Shown here in pieces: positions 18,767 through 28,027 of a DNA stretch of 64,000 bases (positions within the stretch are counted from its first letter, which is position 1; each line of letters begins with the position of its first letter). The notes beneath the pieces were generated by a model. The model saw only the letters and a program-made list of their open reading frames with translations. It was not told where the DNA came from and did no database searches. Where the stretch lies: assembly GCA_028717685.1 (NCBI GenBank), contig JAQUNI010000004.1, positions 8,599 to 72,598 of the forward strand, written 5' to 3'. A program made the translations under genes and the position numbers. Source of the stretch: Patescibacteria group bacterium (GTDB taxonomy: Bacteria > Patescibacteriota > JAQUNI01).

Positions 18767-19440
18767 TGATCCGAACCCATTACTTTAGGAAGGATGAAAG
18801 CTTTTTTTAAATGCGGAGCAAGCGGCTTAGAGATGAAGGCGTAATCAATCCGCCAGCCTAGGTTGCGAGAACGGGCGTTATAAAAATAGGGCCACCAAGT
18901 ATAATGGCCGCCTTTCTCGCGATGAAGTTTACGGAAAGTGTCTGTAAAACCTAGAGCGATGATTTTATCTATCTGTTTTCGCTCCAGGCTCGTGAACATA
19001 GTATTATTTTGGTTGTCTTTAGGTCGGGCAAGGTCAATTTCTTGATGCGCGATATTAAAATCGCCAATCAAGACCACCTTTTTATCCTTTAGTCGTTTTA
19101 GACGCCGCAAAAGGCATTGATAGACCTGAAGCTTGTAATCCAAATTTTCTTTTTGTCTTCCGCCGTGGGGGAGATATAGATTAATCAAAACAAACCCCGG
19201 ATAATGCAATTCAAGTATTCTCCCCTCCTCATCGAATTTTTTTAATCCCATCTTTGTATTTATCTTGTTCGGCTTTTGTTTGGTATAAACAAGAGTACCG
19301 GCATAGCCTTTGCGGCGCGCGGGATTGACATAGACGAGGTAATCGGCGGGGGTAAACAAATCCGGGGGGATTTGATCTTTTTGGGCTTTAATTTCCTGCA
19401 AGCAAACAATATCCGCTCGGCTTCGGGTTAGCCACCCCAA
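18742..19440 (-). pseudogene. xth: Exodeoxyribonuclease III (Xth) with a disrupted 5' end
   Basis: From 'ADIVCLQEIK' onward it is a collinear ExoIII homolog. The canonical start 'MKIISW' with an AAGGGA SD is at 19454 but hits a stop after 8 codons (MKIISWGG*). The ExoIII frame resumes in another frame (TTG start in the ORF track). About 13 codons including the conserved WNVNG Asn are missing. Confidence 0.6.
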
Positions 19441-19458
19441 GAAATAATTTTCATAAAA

Positions 19459-20151
19459 TTATCCCTTAAAAATTTTCAATAAATCTTTTAAAGAATAAAT
19501 CGTAAAATCAATAGTATTTTTTGGAATTTCTTCGCGCTGGTCCAAGTTATAAAATACAGTTGTCATTCCTAATTTTTTGGCAGTGGCTAAACTCCTTTCT
19601 ATATTATCGTCAATCATTGCCGATTCTTCGGGTTTGGCTTTTGCGTCGCGCAAGACAGTTTGAAAAAAAATAGGGTCGGGCTTGAATAAATTATATTCTT
19701 CCGAGATGCCTACATACTGAAAATAGGATAATAGTGCTCCTCCTGATAATTTTTCTTTTATTTCCGTTGCTTGATTGGCAATGATTCCGAGACGAAAGCG
19801 AGAAGATAATTTTTGCACCACAGGGAGGGCTTCGGGTCGGATGGGCGTAATTTGATAATATTCCATTTTCTCCTCGGCTCGCTTGGCTTTAAGCTCCTCG
19901 TAAGCTCTCTCGGCTTTCTTTTGGTTTTTTAATATTATTTGGAAAGTATTTAGGACTAAACTACCTGTTTTCCCACTTGCTTTGATACTAGCTCCGAGGA
20001 GTGCAATAGGCGTAATTTCTTGGTGATAACGTTGCAAAATCGTTAGCATATTTTTTATAAGCCAGTTCTCATAGCGAGTTTTGTCTATCAAAACACCGCC
20101 TACATCAAAGAAGAGCCAGTTTAATTTTTGTTTATTAGTTGTTTGGGGCAC
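19459..20151 (-). CDS. HAD-superfamily hydrolase
   Basis: 'WLFFDVGGVL' motif I (DxG), 'IIANQA' motif II, 'MIDDN' motif IV. Confidence 0.7.
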   Translation of the reverse strand: MPQTTNKQKLNWLFFDVGGVLIDKTRYENWLIKNMLTILQRYHQEITPIALLGASIKASGKTGSLVLNTFQIILKNQKKAERAYEELKAKRAEEKMEYYQITPIRPEALPVVQKLSSRFRLGIIANQATEIKEKLSGGALLSYFQYVGISEEYNLFKPDPIFFQTVLRDAKAKPEESAMIDDNIERSLATAKKLGMTTVFYNLDQREEIPKNTIDFTIYSLKDLLKIFKG

Positions 20152-20259
20152 GAAATTGTTAATAAAATGAGATTACAGATGGTCTATATCAGTGGTCCTG
20201 GAAAGGAACAAAAGAATAGACCCCTCCCAAACCTCCCCTTAGCAGGGGAGGAAAATAGT

Positions 20260-21342
20260 TTATGCGCCGTGTTTAATCTCAATCACATCGCCGTCTTGAA
20301 TAACATATTCTTTACCTTCGGTTCGGATTAGCCCTTTGGCGCGGGCTTCGGAAAAGCCGCCGGCGCTCACTAAATCCCGCCAATTAATCACCTCGGCGCG
20401 GATAAAGTTTTTTTCAAAGTCACTATGAATTACGCCGCCCGCTTGAGGGGCTTGAGCGCCTCGCACAGTAGTCCAAGCGCGCGTCTCATCTTCTCCGGTT
20501 GTCAGAAAGGTAATGAGATTTAAAAGCACGTAGGCTTTTTTGATTAAAATATCCATCTCCGATTCCTTGGGCAGTCCTAAAGCGGCGCGTTCCTCCGCGC
20601 TTAAATCCCCTGCTTCAAATTCATTTTTAATATTCATAATAAGATAAGGCCAGTTTTTCTCTTTAAACTTTTTTAATATTTCTAATGACACTTCTTTTGC
20701 TTCGCCGTTCAAAAGATACAGCCTGGGTTTCAGCGTCAGGAGCTGATATTCTTGGATGAAAGGTAATTCTTCCGGAGCAAAGCTTTGTTCGGTTAAGATT
20801 TTGCCCTGCTCAAGGAGATTTTTTATTTTTTGAAAAAAAATGTGTTTATTGACCGCCTCTTTACTTCCGGTTTTCGCTTCCCTGTCCGCTCTTTGTATAA
20901 TTTTATTTACTGTGTCTAAATCTTTTAAAATTAGCTCTAAATCTAGAATCTCCTTTTCTTTAATAGGGTCAATAATATTTTGCGTGTTTGCGACGTTTTC
21001 ATTCTTAAAAGCGCGCAGGATATAAATAATGGCGTCCACTTCGCGGATATGGGCTAAAAATTGATTGCCTAAACCTTCGCCTTTATGCGCGCCAGCGACT
21101 AAGCCGGCAATATCCACAAATTCAATTGTGGTATATATTTTTTTGGCGGAATGGGTAAGGTTGGCGAGTTTGTCTACCCGTTCATCGGGTACCACAACCA
21201 CGCCCACATTGGGATCAATGGTGCAGAAAGGGTAGTTCGCCCGATCTACTTCTTTTTTAGTTAAGGTTTGAAATAAAGTTGATTTGCCGACATTGGGCAA
21301 GCCAACAATGCCGATGGACAAAGACAATTTTATTATTGTCAT
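20260..21342 (-). CDS. ychF: Ribosome-binding ATPase YchF (Obg-family GTPase/ATPase)
   Basis: 'IGIVGLPNVGKSTLFQTLT' P-loop, a C-terminal TGS domain, 360 aa. Confidence 0.85.
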   Translation of the reverse strand: MTIIKLSLSIGIVGLPNVGKSTLFQTLTKKEVDRANYPFCTIDPNVGVVVVPDERVDKLANLTHSAKKIYTTIEFVDIAGLVAGAHKGEGLGNQFLAHIREVDAIIYILRAFKNENVANTQNIIDPIKEKEILDLELILKDLDTVNKIIQRADREAKTGSKEAVNKHIFFQKIKNLLEQGKILTEQSFAPEELPFIQEYQLLTLKPRLYLLNGEAKEVSLEILKKFKEKNWPYLIMNIKNEFEAGDLSAEERAALGLPKESEMDILIKKAYVLLNLITFLTTGEDETRAWTTVRGAQAPQAGGVIHSDFEKNFIRAEVINWRDLVSAGGFSEARAKGLIRTEGKEYVIQDGDVIEIKHGA

Positions 21343-21346
21343 TCCC

Positions 21347-21476
21347 GCCCCGTAATAAATATGGGATAAACTCCAGCGGGAATCCAGGATTAGTGCTATT
21401 AACCTGGATCCCCGAGCCTACTTCGCCGAAGCAGGGCTTCTGGCTGCGAAGGCTGAATCGGGTCGGGGATGACAGA
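21347..21476. repeat. Palindromic MITE-like element (family C) with terminal inverted repeats (tgtcattcccg...cggggatgaca)
   Basis: Two nested hairpins: cattcccgc/gcgggaatc, and atccccgagcc...ggtcggggat enclosing cttcgccgaag. Sits between ychF and the plus-strand kinase pair. Confidence 0.6.
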
Positions 21477-21486
21477 AGGTAAATAT

Positions 21487-21515
21487 TTTGACAGTTATCT
21501 ACTTTTAAAGTACAT
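21487..21515 (+). promoter_or_regulatory. Putative sigma70-like promoter (TTGACA, 17 nt spacer, TACATT) for the plus-strand ASKHA gene pair
   Basis: TTGACA at 21487-21492, a 17-nt spacer, then TACATT. Strong SD 'GAGGAGGT' at 21570-21577, 7 nt before the ATG at 21585. Confidence 0.35.
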
Positions 21516-21584
21516 TAAAATGATCGTTTTGGCTAGGTTCTTTAGATAATAAGTGGTCTCAATCTATTGTGAGGAGGTATTACA

Positions 21585-22955
21585 ATGGTTTTTAAAAGCG
21601 CGGTAACAATGGTGCTTGGAATGAGTGACGGTGGAACAATTTACAGGTTCGCGCCAGATGGGGTAAGACAACTGGCAAAAGCGGACATAAAGTGGGATTA
21701 TGATTCATATGGCAGATATTGGAGTAAACCTTGGCTTTTGAGTTTTTGCAATTTAGCTGCAAGTTATCAGGGTACAGATGGTTGTCTTGTTTCGGGGGTG
21801 CCGGGGGCAGATTTGGCAGTATGCCGTAGTGAAAGCGAAGAATGGAATCCAAGAATTCCGATGGTGTATGAATTCTTGAATTATACTTCAGTACCAGAGA
21901 AATCACTAAAAGAAATTCAAGATATTATACCGCCGCGTGAAATATACCTTGCGACAGGAGTGCATGTTGAAACTTTCCAACCCTGGGCACAAATTCAATA
22001 TATGTTGGATATGGGCTGGGATTTTGAGAGTGACCATATTGAGAGCATTGTGCCTTTGAGTGATTTGATCTCATCTTATTTAACAAATGGCGGGGCAATG
22101 ATGGGTGGTCCAAGTATGTATAAGTCTCAAGGTTTATTAGTCCACAGCATATTAGAGAGACTTTTCCCGAATTTTCACCAAAAAATCGCGCATTGGCCGC
22201 CGTGGGAATTAGGACAAAATTTTGCCGGTGTTTATCCTGGCGATCATGATTCAATCCTCTCCAGGTTGATTGGATTCCTTCTTTCGCCTTGGGTGTTATG
22301 GACCGGATCCTGGGTTGGCGTGGCGCGGTTTATGCAAGGACTTTTGGCAAAGCCGAGCAAGACAACTTTTGACGCGGGAATTGCTTTTGAAGGCGCGGGC
22401 TGGACCGAGGCAGCAATTACCAATACTGGTATGTATGGCATAATCTATAAGGAATTGTTAAGGCGAGCAGGTCTGAAATACTCTGAAGTACAAAATATTG
22501 TATCACAGAGAATTTGGGAAGAAGATAGCCGTATTCTTGATTTGAAAGGACTACCGAATAAAGCTGAAGAAGCGGTGGATTGGTTGGTAAAAAAATGCGC
22601 GGCAGGACTCAAGTCAAATTTAAGCGAAGATGATAAAAAAATAATTTCTCTACGTGTGGCTATCTTTAGTTTCATTAAATCAGTTGCTAAAGCCTGCGCG
22701 AATGATTTAAAGAATGTTGCCTACGCTCTTGGTTTGGATATGCCGACAAAAGTCGCTATTACCGGCGGTTGGGCGGAAAATGAATTCTTCAAGTTAGCCC
22801 TTGGTGAGTTGGGGATTGAAGTAATTGTTCCCTATTTCGCGCATAATGCGACGCACGCGGGGCTCGCGGCGTTCGGATTATCCGAAGGCAAGGGATTTCC
22901 GCAGTTCTGTGAAGCTGTGGAAATGATTGAATCTTGGGCAAGAAAATCTAAATAG
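21585..22955 (+). CDS. ASKHA-superfamily ATPase/sugar-kinase-like protein (BadF/BadG/BcrA/BcrD- or FGGY-like, divergent)
   Basis: N-terminal phosphate-1-like 'LGMSDGGTIYRF'. C-terminal adenosine motif 'VAITGGWAENEFFKL'. Strong RBS. Confidence 0.45.
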   Translation: MVFKSAVTMVLGMSDGGTIYRFAPDGVRQLAKADIKWDYDSYGRYWSKPWLLSFCNLAASYQGTDGCLVSGVPGADLAVCRSESEEWNPRIPMVYEFLNYTSVPEKSLKEIQDIIPPREIYLATGVHVETFQPWAQIQYMLDMGWDFESDHIESIVPLSDLISSYLTNGGAMMGGPSMYKSQGLLVHSILERLFPNFHQKIAHWPPWELGQNFAGVYPGDHDSILSRLIGFLLSPWVLWTGSWVGVARFMQGLLAKPSKTTFDAGIAFEGAGWTEAAITNTGMYGIIYKELLRRAGLKYSEVQNIVSQRIWEEDSRILDLKGLPNKAEEAVDWLVKKCAAGLKSNLSEDDKKIISLRVAIFSFIKSVAKACANDLKNVAYALGLDMPTKVAITGGWAENEFFKLALGELGIEVIVPYFAHNATHAGLAAFGLSEGKGFPQFCEAVEMIESWARKSK

Positions 22956-23124
22956 TTTTTTCCAAGATTGCTTTCTAATTTTTTAGAAAGCTTTTTTAAT
23001 AGTAAATAATCTTTGACAAAAGTCGCTAAGGTTTTTATACTGATTAGATTGGCGCGGTTGATATTTTGTGTTGATTAGTTGGTTCTTTATGTCGGGTATT
23101 TGAACAATAGGGAGGTAAAAGTTA

Positions 23125-24522
23125 ATGAATAAAGAAATTAAGTGGATTGGTTGGGATTTGAGCACAACAGCTTTGACTGCCGTTGGCAGGACGGAGAAGG
23201 GAGGAGAGGTTTTTGCTTCCGTGCCCACGGAAGGAAAGACAGATCTGCTGGGTCAACCGGCGCATAATTTAAATCTAGTTCCTTGGATGATGGACACAGT
23301 TTTAGAAAAGATTGAGGCGCAAGGATTCACCTTCACTAAGAAAGGGGCTACTTGTTTTTCCGTGCGCCAGCATGATCTTGTTTTGTTGGGTTGTAATAAT
23401 GAACCCATTGTTGATGCGTTAAGTTGGGAATTTGAACTTGATCCAAAGGCGGGGGTAGAAGAGTTACAGAGTTTTAGAGAAAGAGGCTACGAAAAAATAG
23501 TGGGTCCGACGAACAAGCGTTTTATCGCTGTTAAACTAAAATGGCTTATTAATAGTATACCTGATATAGCGCCGTTGATTCGGCAAGTAATGACCACGGG
23601 CGACGCCATTGGTTATTGGCTGACGGGAAATGCGCGTATCGGCACTTCCGATGGGATGAGCAACGCTATATTGGACAAGAATAAGAAACTGGCTCTGAAA
23701 GTTTTGCGAGGGCTTGGGTTTGAGACCTCTTGGTTTCCGGCACCGATTCAAAGCGGTATGTCCGTAGGAATTATTCAAGATCCTGGCAAAGGCGATGACT
23801 GGGATCCGATTAAAGAGCGCCTTGCCGGCTGGGATTACCGCGCGGGCTTAGGTGATAATGACGCCGGAGCAAGAGGTGCGGGTTTAGATGACTTTGTGAC
23901 CATTATAATGTCCTTTGGCAGCAGCGGGACAGTAACAAGAATTGCTCGGACTCTTGCCGCTCTAGCTGGAAATGCTCTCACCTTTGAGTATTTTCACCAT
24001 CGCCTTTTGCTTAATATGCTGGAGCATTGCGCGAATTGGTATAATAAATTCATACGCGACAACTCGGAAGCAAGCAAGTTGAGTTATGCAGAATTAAATA
24101 ATCTGGCGCAAAATGTTTCTTATGTTCATATAAGAGTCATCAAGCCAAATGAATATCCCGATGATTGGAATGATCGGACGCTTAACGAACAGATAGCTAC
24201 TATCCAGAAATCGATCGCTTTTAGGATGGTAGAAATGGTAGGGGGTATGCTCAAGGAAGTTAATGATCCCCAAGCGCCCAAGATTGAACGAGTGATACTG
24301 ACTGGCGGCTTGAAACAGTCGCCACTGATACAAATAACAATAAGGCACTTCCTTGAATTTTTTGGGTCATTTAAGATCTTTGTTAGCGCTTTGGAAGAGC
24401 CGTTCGCGAGCCAAAGCGCGGCGCGCGGCGCGCTCATTACAGCAATGATGCCCAGCTGGGATTTTGACGCTTACGCACGTCTTGCGAAAGAAATATGTCC
24501 TTTAAAGCCATTAGAGATTTAA
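23125..24522 (+). CDS. FGGY-family carbohydrate kinase-like protein (xylulokinase/gluconokinase-like, divergent)
   Basis: 'WIGWDLSTTALTAV' N-terminal motif, a 'GLGDNDAGARGAGL' GDNxAG motif as in xylulokinases, and C-terminal 'RVILTGGLKQSPLIQ'. SD 'GGGAGGT' upstream. Confidence 0.55.
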   Translation: MNKEIKWIGWDLSTTALTAVGRTEKGGEVFASVPTEGKTDLLGQPAHNLNLVPWMMDTVLEKIEAQGFTFTKKGATCFSVRQHDLVLLGCNNEPIVDALSWEFELDPKAGVEELQSFRERGYEKIVGPTNKRFIAVKLKWLINSIPDIAPLIRQVMTTGDAIGYWLTGNARIGTSDGMSNAILDKNKKLALKVLRGLGFETSWFPAPIQSGMSVGIIQDPGKGDDWDPIKERLAGWDYRAGLGDNDAGARGAGLDDFVTIIMSFGSSGTVTRIARTLAALAGNALTFEYFHHRLLLNMLEHCANWYNKFIRDNSEASKLSYAELNNLAQNVSYVHIRVIKPNEYPDDWNDRTLNEQIATIQKSIAFRMVEMVGGMLKEVNDPQAPKIERVILTGGLKQSPLIQITIRHFLEFFGSFKIFVSALEEPFASQSAARGALITAMMPSWDFDAYARLAKEICPLKPLEI

Positions 24523-24572
24523 ATTTATTTAGCTTTCTGCGAAATTTACAGAAAGCTTTTTTATTTCACCTT

Positions 24573-24658
24573 GAATTACGAAATGCATTGTCTATTAGCG
24601 AGGGATCTGACTAAAAAAGCCCTCCTCACTAATAGATGAAAAGGGATTTTTATAATTC
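24573..24658. repeat. Short variant of MITE family A (TIR GAATTACG...TATAATTC) lacking the GC core
   Basis: 'gaattacgaaatgcattgtctattagcgagg' is near-identical to the left arm of the 46.88 kb copy. Internal palindrome ctattagcgagg...cctcctcactaatag. Confidence 0.55.
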
Positions 24659-24674
24659 AAGTAAGTTAGAATAT

Positions 24675-25037
24675 TTAACAGGTCGTATGAATTAAAGCAT
24701 TTACCTTCCTGCCTTCTTTTGTTTTTTGTTCGTAAATTTGGATAATTTCAGATGTGGTGGCGGAAATTACCTCAATTTGATGTTGCCTAAAGTAATCCAC
24801 TAATTCTTTTTTCACTTTCATTACCCCGCTTTGCCCTGTGCCAATTAAAATTATTTCAGGATTGCCCTTGAGAAGCCTTTTTCTTTCCCAATCGCCAATT
24901 TCGTGGGTTGTGCCAAATAATGTTTCAAGCTGGTCCACTTGTCGCTCTTCTACTTCATTCCCAATAATCAAAACCTGATAGTATTTTTTGCCATCAATTA
25001 CTATTTCGCCAAATTTTGTGGAATTAATGTAAGGCAT
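24675..25037 (-). CDS. Mth938-like domain protein (DUF498 family). Start at 25037 (MPYINST...).
   Basis: Collinear with the archaeal MTH938 family: 'IVIDGKKY', 'IILIGTGQSG', C-terminal 'ALIHTTC'. Confidence 0.65.
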   Translation of the reverse strand: MPYINSTKFGEIVIDGKKYYQVLIIGNEVEERQVDQLETLFGTTHEIGDWERKRLLKGNPEIILIGTGQSGVMKVKKELVDYFRQHQIEVISATTSEIIQIYEQKTKEGRKVNALIHTTC

Positions 25038-25050
25038 AGGTTTCCTATTC

Positions 25051-25094
25051 TGGCTCCATAAGCCTCTCATTTCGCTCGGGGACTATGGAGCCAA
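25051..25094. repeat. Hairpin repeat family B (GGCTCCAYAG ... GGGACTATGGAGCC), copy 1
   Basis: Same inverted-repeat arms recur at 26566-26595, 26656-26696 and 51739-51778. Confidence 0.6.
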
Positions 25095-25115
25095 CAAATG
25101 ACGAGGTGAATATAA

Positions 25116-25904
25116 CTATTTATCTTTTAGTTCTTCCTTGAGGATTTTATAAAATTTTTCTTTTGCATTTTTTTCTAGCCAAGGGTGATGTCCGCATTTT
25201 TTTAGCAGGATAAATTTAAAATTTTTTAAAGTTCGTGATAATGGTTCTTTTACTCCTTGATACGGATGCGGATCATAATCGCCGTGAATTGCCACCACTT
25301 GACACTTAATTTGCCTTCCTAATTCTAAAAGCTTTCCATTTTTTCTGAATTTTGCCGCTTCTTCCCAGACATTTTGATAAATATCAAATTGAACTTTAAT
25401 AATTTCAGACTTGTTATTAATGGGATTATATGAGTCGGTCTTGTTAAATAATTTTCCAAATTGAGCAAAAATAGCATCTTTGTTTTTTATGCCCGGATCA
25501 TTAAGGGAATTTTCTAAAATTCGCAATTGCGCTTTTGCCTTCTTATTTAATCGCCTTAAGCGAGTTTCTGCAACTTGCTTCGCGTAATTTTCTTCAAATG
25601 GCCCGCTGCTCACCAGTATAAGTTTTTCTACCCATTCAGGATATTTAGCAGTAAATATATAGCTAAGCCAAGCGCCCCAAGACCAACCGACTAATTTGAT
25701 TGGCGAAGTTTTGTTTTGTTCCAATATTTCCCCTAATTCTTTTACCTGACCATCAATGGAGTTTTTCGTTTGAAACGGCTCCAACACGCCATGGTTTTTA
25801 GAAAGCTCTCTTGCTACAGGCGCCATTTCTCCGGGGGCGCCGGGACCGCCGTGAATGATTGCTATATTGAAAGGCGCGTTCCCGTATTTTTTGAGTTGTT
25901 TCAT
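25116..25904 (-). CDS. Alpha/beta-hydrolase fold protein (proline iminopeptidase/esterase-like)
   Basis: 'IAIIHGGPG' oxyanion region, 'GWSWG' nucleophile elbow, C-terminal His region. Confidence 0.7.
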   Translation of the reverse strand: MKQLKKYGNAPFNIAIIHGGPGAPGEMAPVARELSKNHGVLEPFQTKNSIDGQVKELGEILEQNKTSPIKLVGWSWGAWLSYIFTAKYPEWVEKLILVSSGPFEENYAKQVAETRLRRLNKKAKAQLRILENSLNDPGIKNKDAIFAQFGKLFNKTDSYNPINNKSEIIKVQFDIYQNVWEEAAKFRKNGKLLELGRQIKCQVVAIHGDYDPHPYQGVKEPLSRTLKNFKFILLKKCGHHPWLEKNAKEKFYKILKEELKDK

Positions 25905-25934
25905 GGTTTTATTTTTTACCTTTTTTAAAGAATT

Positions 25935-26546
25935 TCATTCTCTTCTTTTCGATGTCCAGAGATTTTGCCACCAACTGCTCGGGCGCTCCCTTTTCGCTTC
26001 CTTGGCAATTTGTTTGGCAAGTTTTGTATTCATTAGTTTTTCTTGTTGGCTGACCATATTTTTGCCTTGGTGACTTTCTTTTAGCCAAGATTGGGCTTCT
26101 TTATTTCCCTGCCAAGCGTATTCTCTTAAAAGAAAAATCTGGTCTAACAGATCCGCGTCTTTAGCAATTTTAGCTTCTAAGGTTTTTCTTTCCTGATATT
26201 CGTTGGAGATTTTGATTAACTCTTTACTGTGCGGCAGGTCTTTTAGTTGTTCCTCCCTAATTTCATTCTCAAAGATTTTGACATATCTTTTGCTGACCCA
26301 ATGGTGATCCATTGAACGCGACTCTTCCAAATCGTGAAGGAGACACATTTTGATTATCTTGTCCGTATCGGCTTTTAATTCGCGAGCGAGAAAATAACTT
26401 AAAAGCGTGACACGAAAGGAGTGGGAGGCGATATTGTCGGTTAAATCATAAGTCAGGAGCATTTGCTGATGCGCCCTTAAGACCTTTCTTAAACTGCCAA
26501 TTTCAAAGAAAAAGGCGGTTAGTTTTTTAATTTGGGCTGGTTTCAT
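25935..26546 (-). CDS. HD-domain phosphohydrolase (YfbR-like 5'-deoxynucleotidase). Start at 26546 (MKPAQIKK).
   Basis: 'HSFRVTLLSYF' and 'LLHDLEES' HD motifs. The upstream extension (MEPTNNISYVRN) is encoded by the family B repeat. Confidence 0.7.
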   Translation of the reverse strand: MKPAQIKKLTAFFFEIGSLRKVLRAHQQMLLTYDLTDNIASHSFRVTLLSYFLARELKADTDKIIKMCLLHDLEESRSMDHHWVSKRYVKIFENEIREEQLKDLPHSKELIKISNEYQERKTLEAKIAKDADLLDQIFLLREYAWQGNKEAQSWLKESHQGKNMVSQQEKLMNTKLAKQIAKEAKRERPSSWWQNLWTSKRRE

Positions 26547-26564
26547 ATTTCTAACATAAGATAT

Positions 26565-26850
26565 ATTGTTTGTTGGCTCCATAGTGGCGTTAGCCCTATG
26601 GAGCCAGGATGCAAGCCGTGAAAGTATGATCAGACTTTAATAACGTTTTGCATTGCGGCTCCACAGCCCTCATTTTGAGTTCGGGACTATGGAGCCAACA
26701 GCTCCCACCCCCTCCATCTCCCCCTCGGGCAGGGGGAGAGCCGCTCCCACCCCCTCTTGTCTCCCCCTTCCTCCTTCGTTTTACTTCCGGCGTAGCGGGT
26801 CCGCTACGCCAGAGCGTCAGCGAGGCGAGCAGGGGGAGTGTAATTAAGTT
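26565..26850. repeat. Composite repeat block: two family B hairpins followed by a MITE family A copy with an extended GC-rich tail ending GGGGGAGTGTAATTAAG
   Basis: ggctccatag/ctatggagcc (26566-26595), ggctccacag/gactatggagcc (26656-26696), then ctcccaccccctccatctccccctcgggcagggggag and the right TIR gtaatta. Several overlapping ORFs here are spurious. Confidence 0.65.
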
Positions 26851-27902
26851 TCCCGCACTTTTTGCCATTCTGCTTCAATTTCATCGGATGTTAACATGCC
26901 GCTTAAAATTTTAGAAAAAATTTCCTTTTTTGTTTCAGGGGGCCAAAGCTTATCAGGACCGCCGGGATTTTTGGCACTTTTCCAGATATTATATCCGTTC
27001 ATAAATTTATTAATAGGGATACTGACTAAAACAATATCTTCAATCATATTTTCCTTGCCCTGATCCTGCAGGCGTTTCTTAGCCTTCGCGACTTGTTTTT
27101 CTTTATCATAAATTTTAAGGGGATCTTTGATGGTGGTAAATTGAATGCCAATATCTTTTTTTTCTTTTTCCGCCCGAATACCAACACCGCGATAATGCTG
27201 GCGGCGGTGAATAATGAAATCTATTTTTTCGTTTACGTCCTGCGCCACGTCCGCCGGAATTATTTTAAATGAGACATCATAATCCAGAGAGATTTTTTTA
27301 AGAAAATTTTCAACCATTTTTTCCGCGATTAATCCAGGATGTCCTTCCCTATTCTGATTGTCTTTGAAAATTCTTTTGTAGGTGTCTTGCTTGAATGAGT
27401 CCAGTTTGGGGTTTACTCCTTCCGCAATAATAATTTGGTAATCATATAGAGCGCGGAGTTCATTTTCCGCCTGTTCAATTAGATATCTTTTGCGAATATT
27501 GCGCGGAACCGTTTTGGGATCCAGGGCGTAGATAATATCCCAAGAATCATCGGTGAGAATTTCGCCTAAAGTTATTTCCATTTCTTTTCCCTCATTGCGC
27601 TGCCAAAAAAGTTTTTCATCCTTTTGAACCACAAAACGACCCCTTCTTTTTTTTATTTCGGGATTTTTTTCTTCGGGTGCCTCATCCAGAGCGGCAAGTT
27701 CACGATGCAATCTTTTCATAATTCTTTGTTTTTCCACTTGAAGATGATAGATTGTTTTTGAAATATCTTTAATTTCATCAATTTCTTTTTCGGGAGGGCG
27801 TTGGAAAAATGGTTCATCAAGCAATAAAGCGGGCATTTCTTTGAGTTTTTCCTTGGCGGATTCGTTATATAGGCTTATATCTTCTTCAAAATTTTCGCGC
27901 AT
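26844..27902 (-). CDS. Hypothetical protein (352 aa, charged, no recognized domain)
   Basis: Long ORF with coding-like composition. Its TAA stop (26844-26846) is provided by the MITE terminal repeat. Confidence 0.45.
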   Translation of the reverse strand: MRENFEEDISLYNESAKEKLKEMPALLLDEPFFQRPPEKEIDEIKDISKTIYHLQVEKQRIMKRLHRELAALDEAPEEKNPEIKKRRGRFVVQKDEKLFWQRNEGKEMEITLGEILTDDSWDIIYALDPKTVPRNIRKRYLIEQAENELRALYDYQIIIAEGVNPKLDSFKQDTYKRIFKDNQNREGHPGLIAEKMVENFLKKISLDYDVSFKIIPADVAQDVNEKIDFIIHRRQHYRGVGIRAEKEKKDIGIQFTTIKDPLKIYDKEKQVAKAKKRLQDQGKENMIEDIVLVSIPINKFMNGYNIWKSAKNPGGPDKLWPPETKKEIFSKILSGMLTSDEIEAEWQKVRET

Positions 27903-28027
27903 ATGATTAAGGATAATAAGTGATAGCTTCTTCTTTATTTTAACTAAAAAGGCATCTTAAAGCAAACAAACAAAAAAAGCGGTAATGGTGCTGTGCCGTT
28001 TTTACCGCTTGGAATTAAGAAATAAAT

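Noticed and set aside
26596-26914. ORFs 26596..26868(-), 26648..26914(+), 26653..26847(+) encoding Pro/Gly/Ser-rich peptides
   Set aside because: They lie entirely within the GC-rich MITE and hairpin repeat block. Their ORF length is a by-product of GC-rich repeat sequence, and there is no SD.
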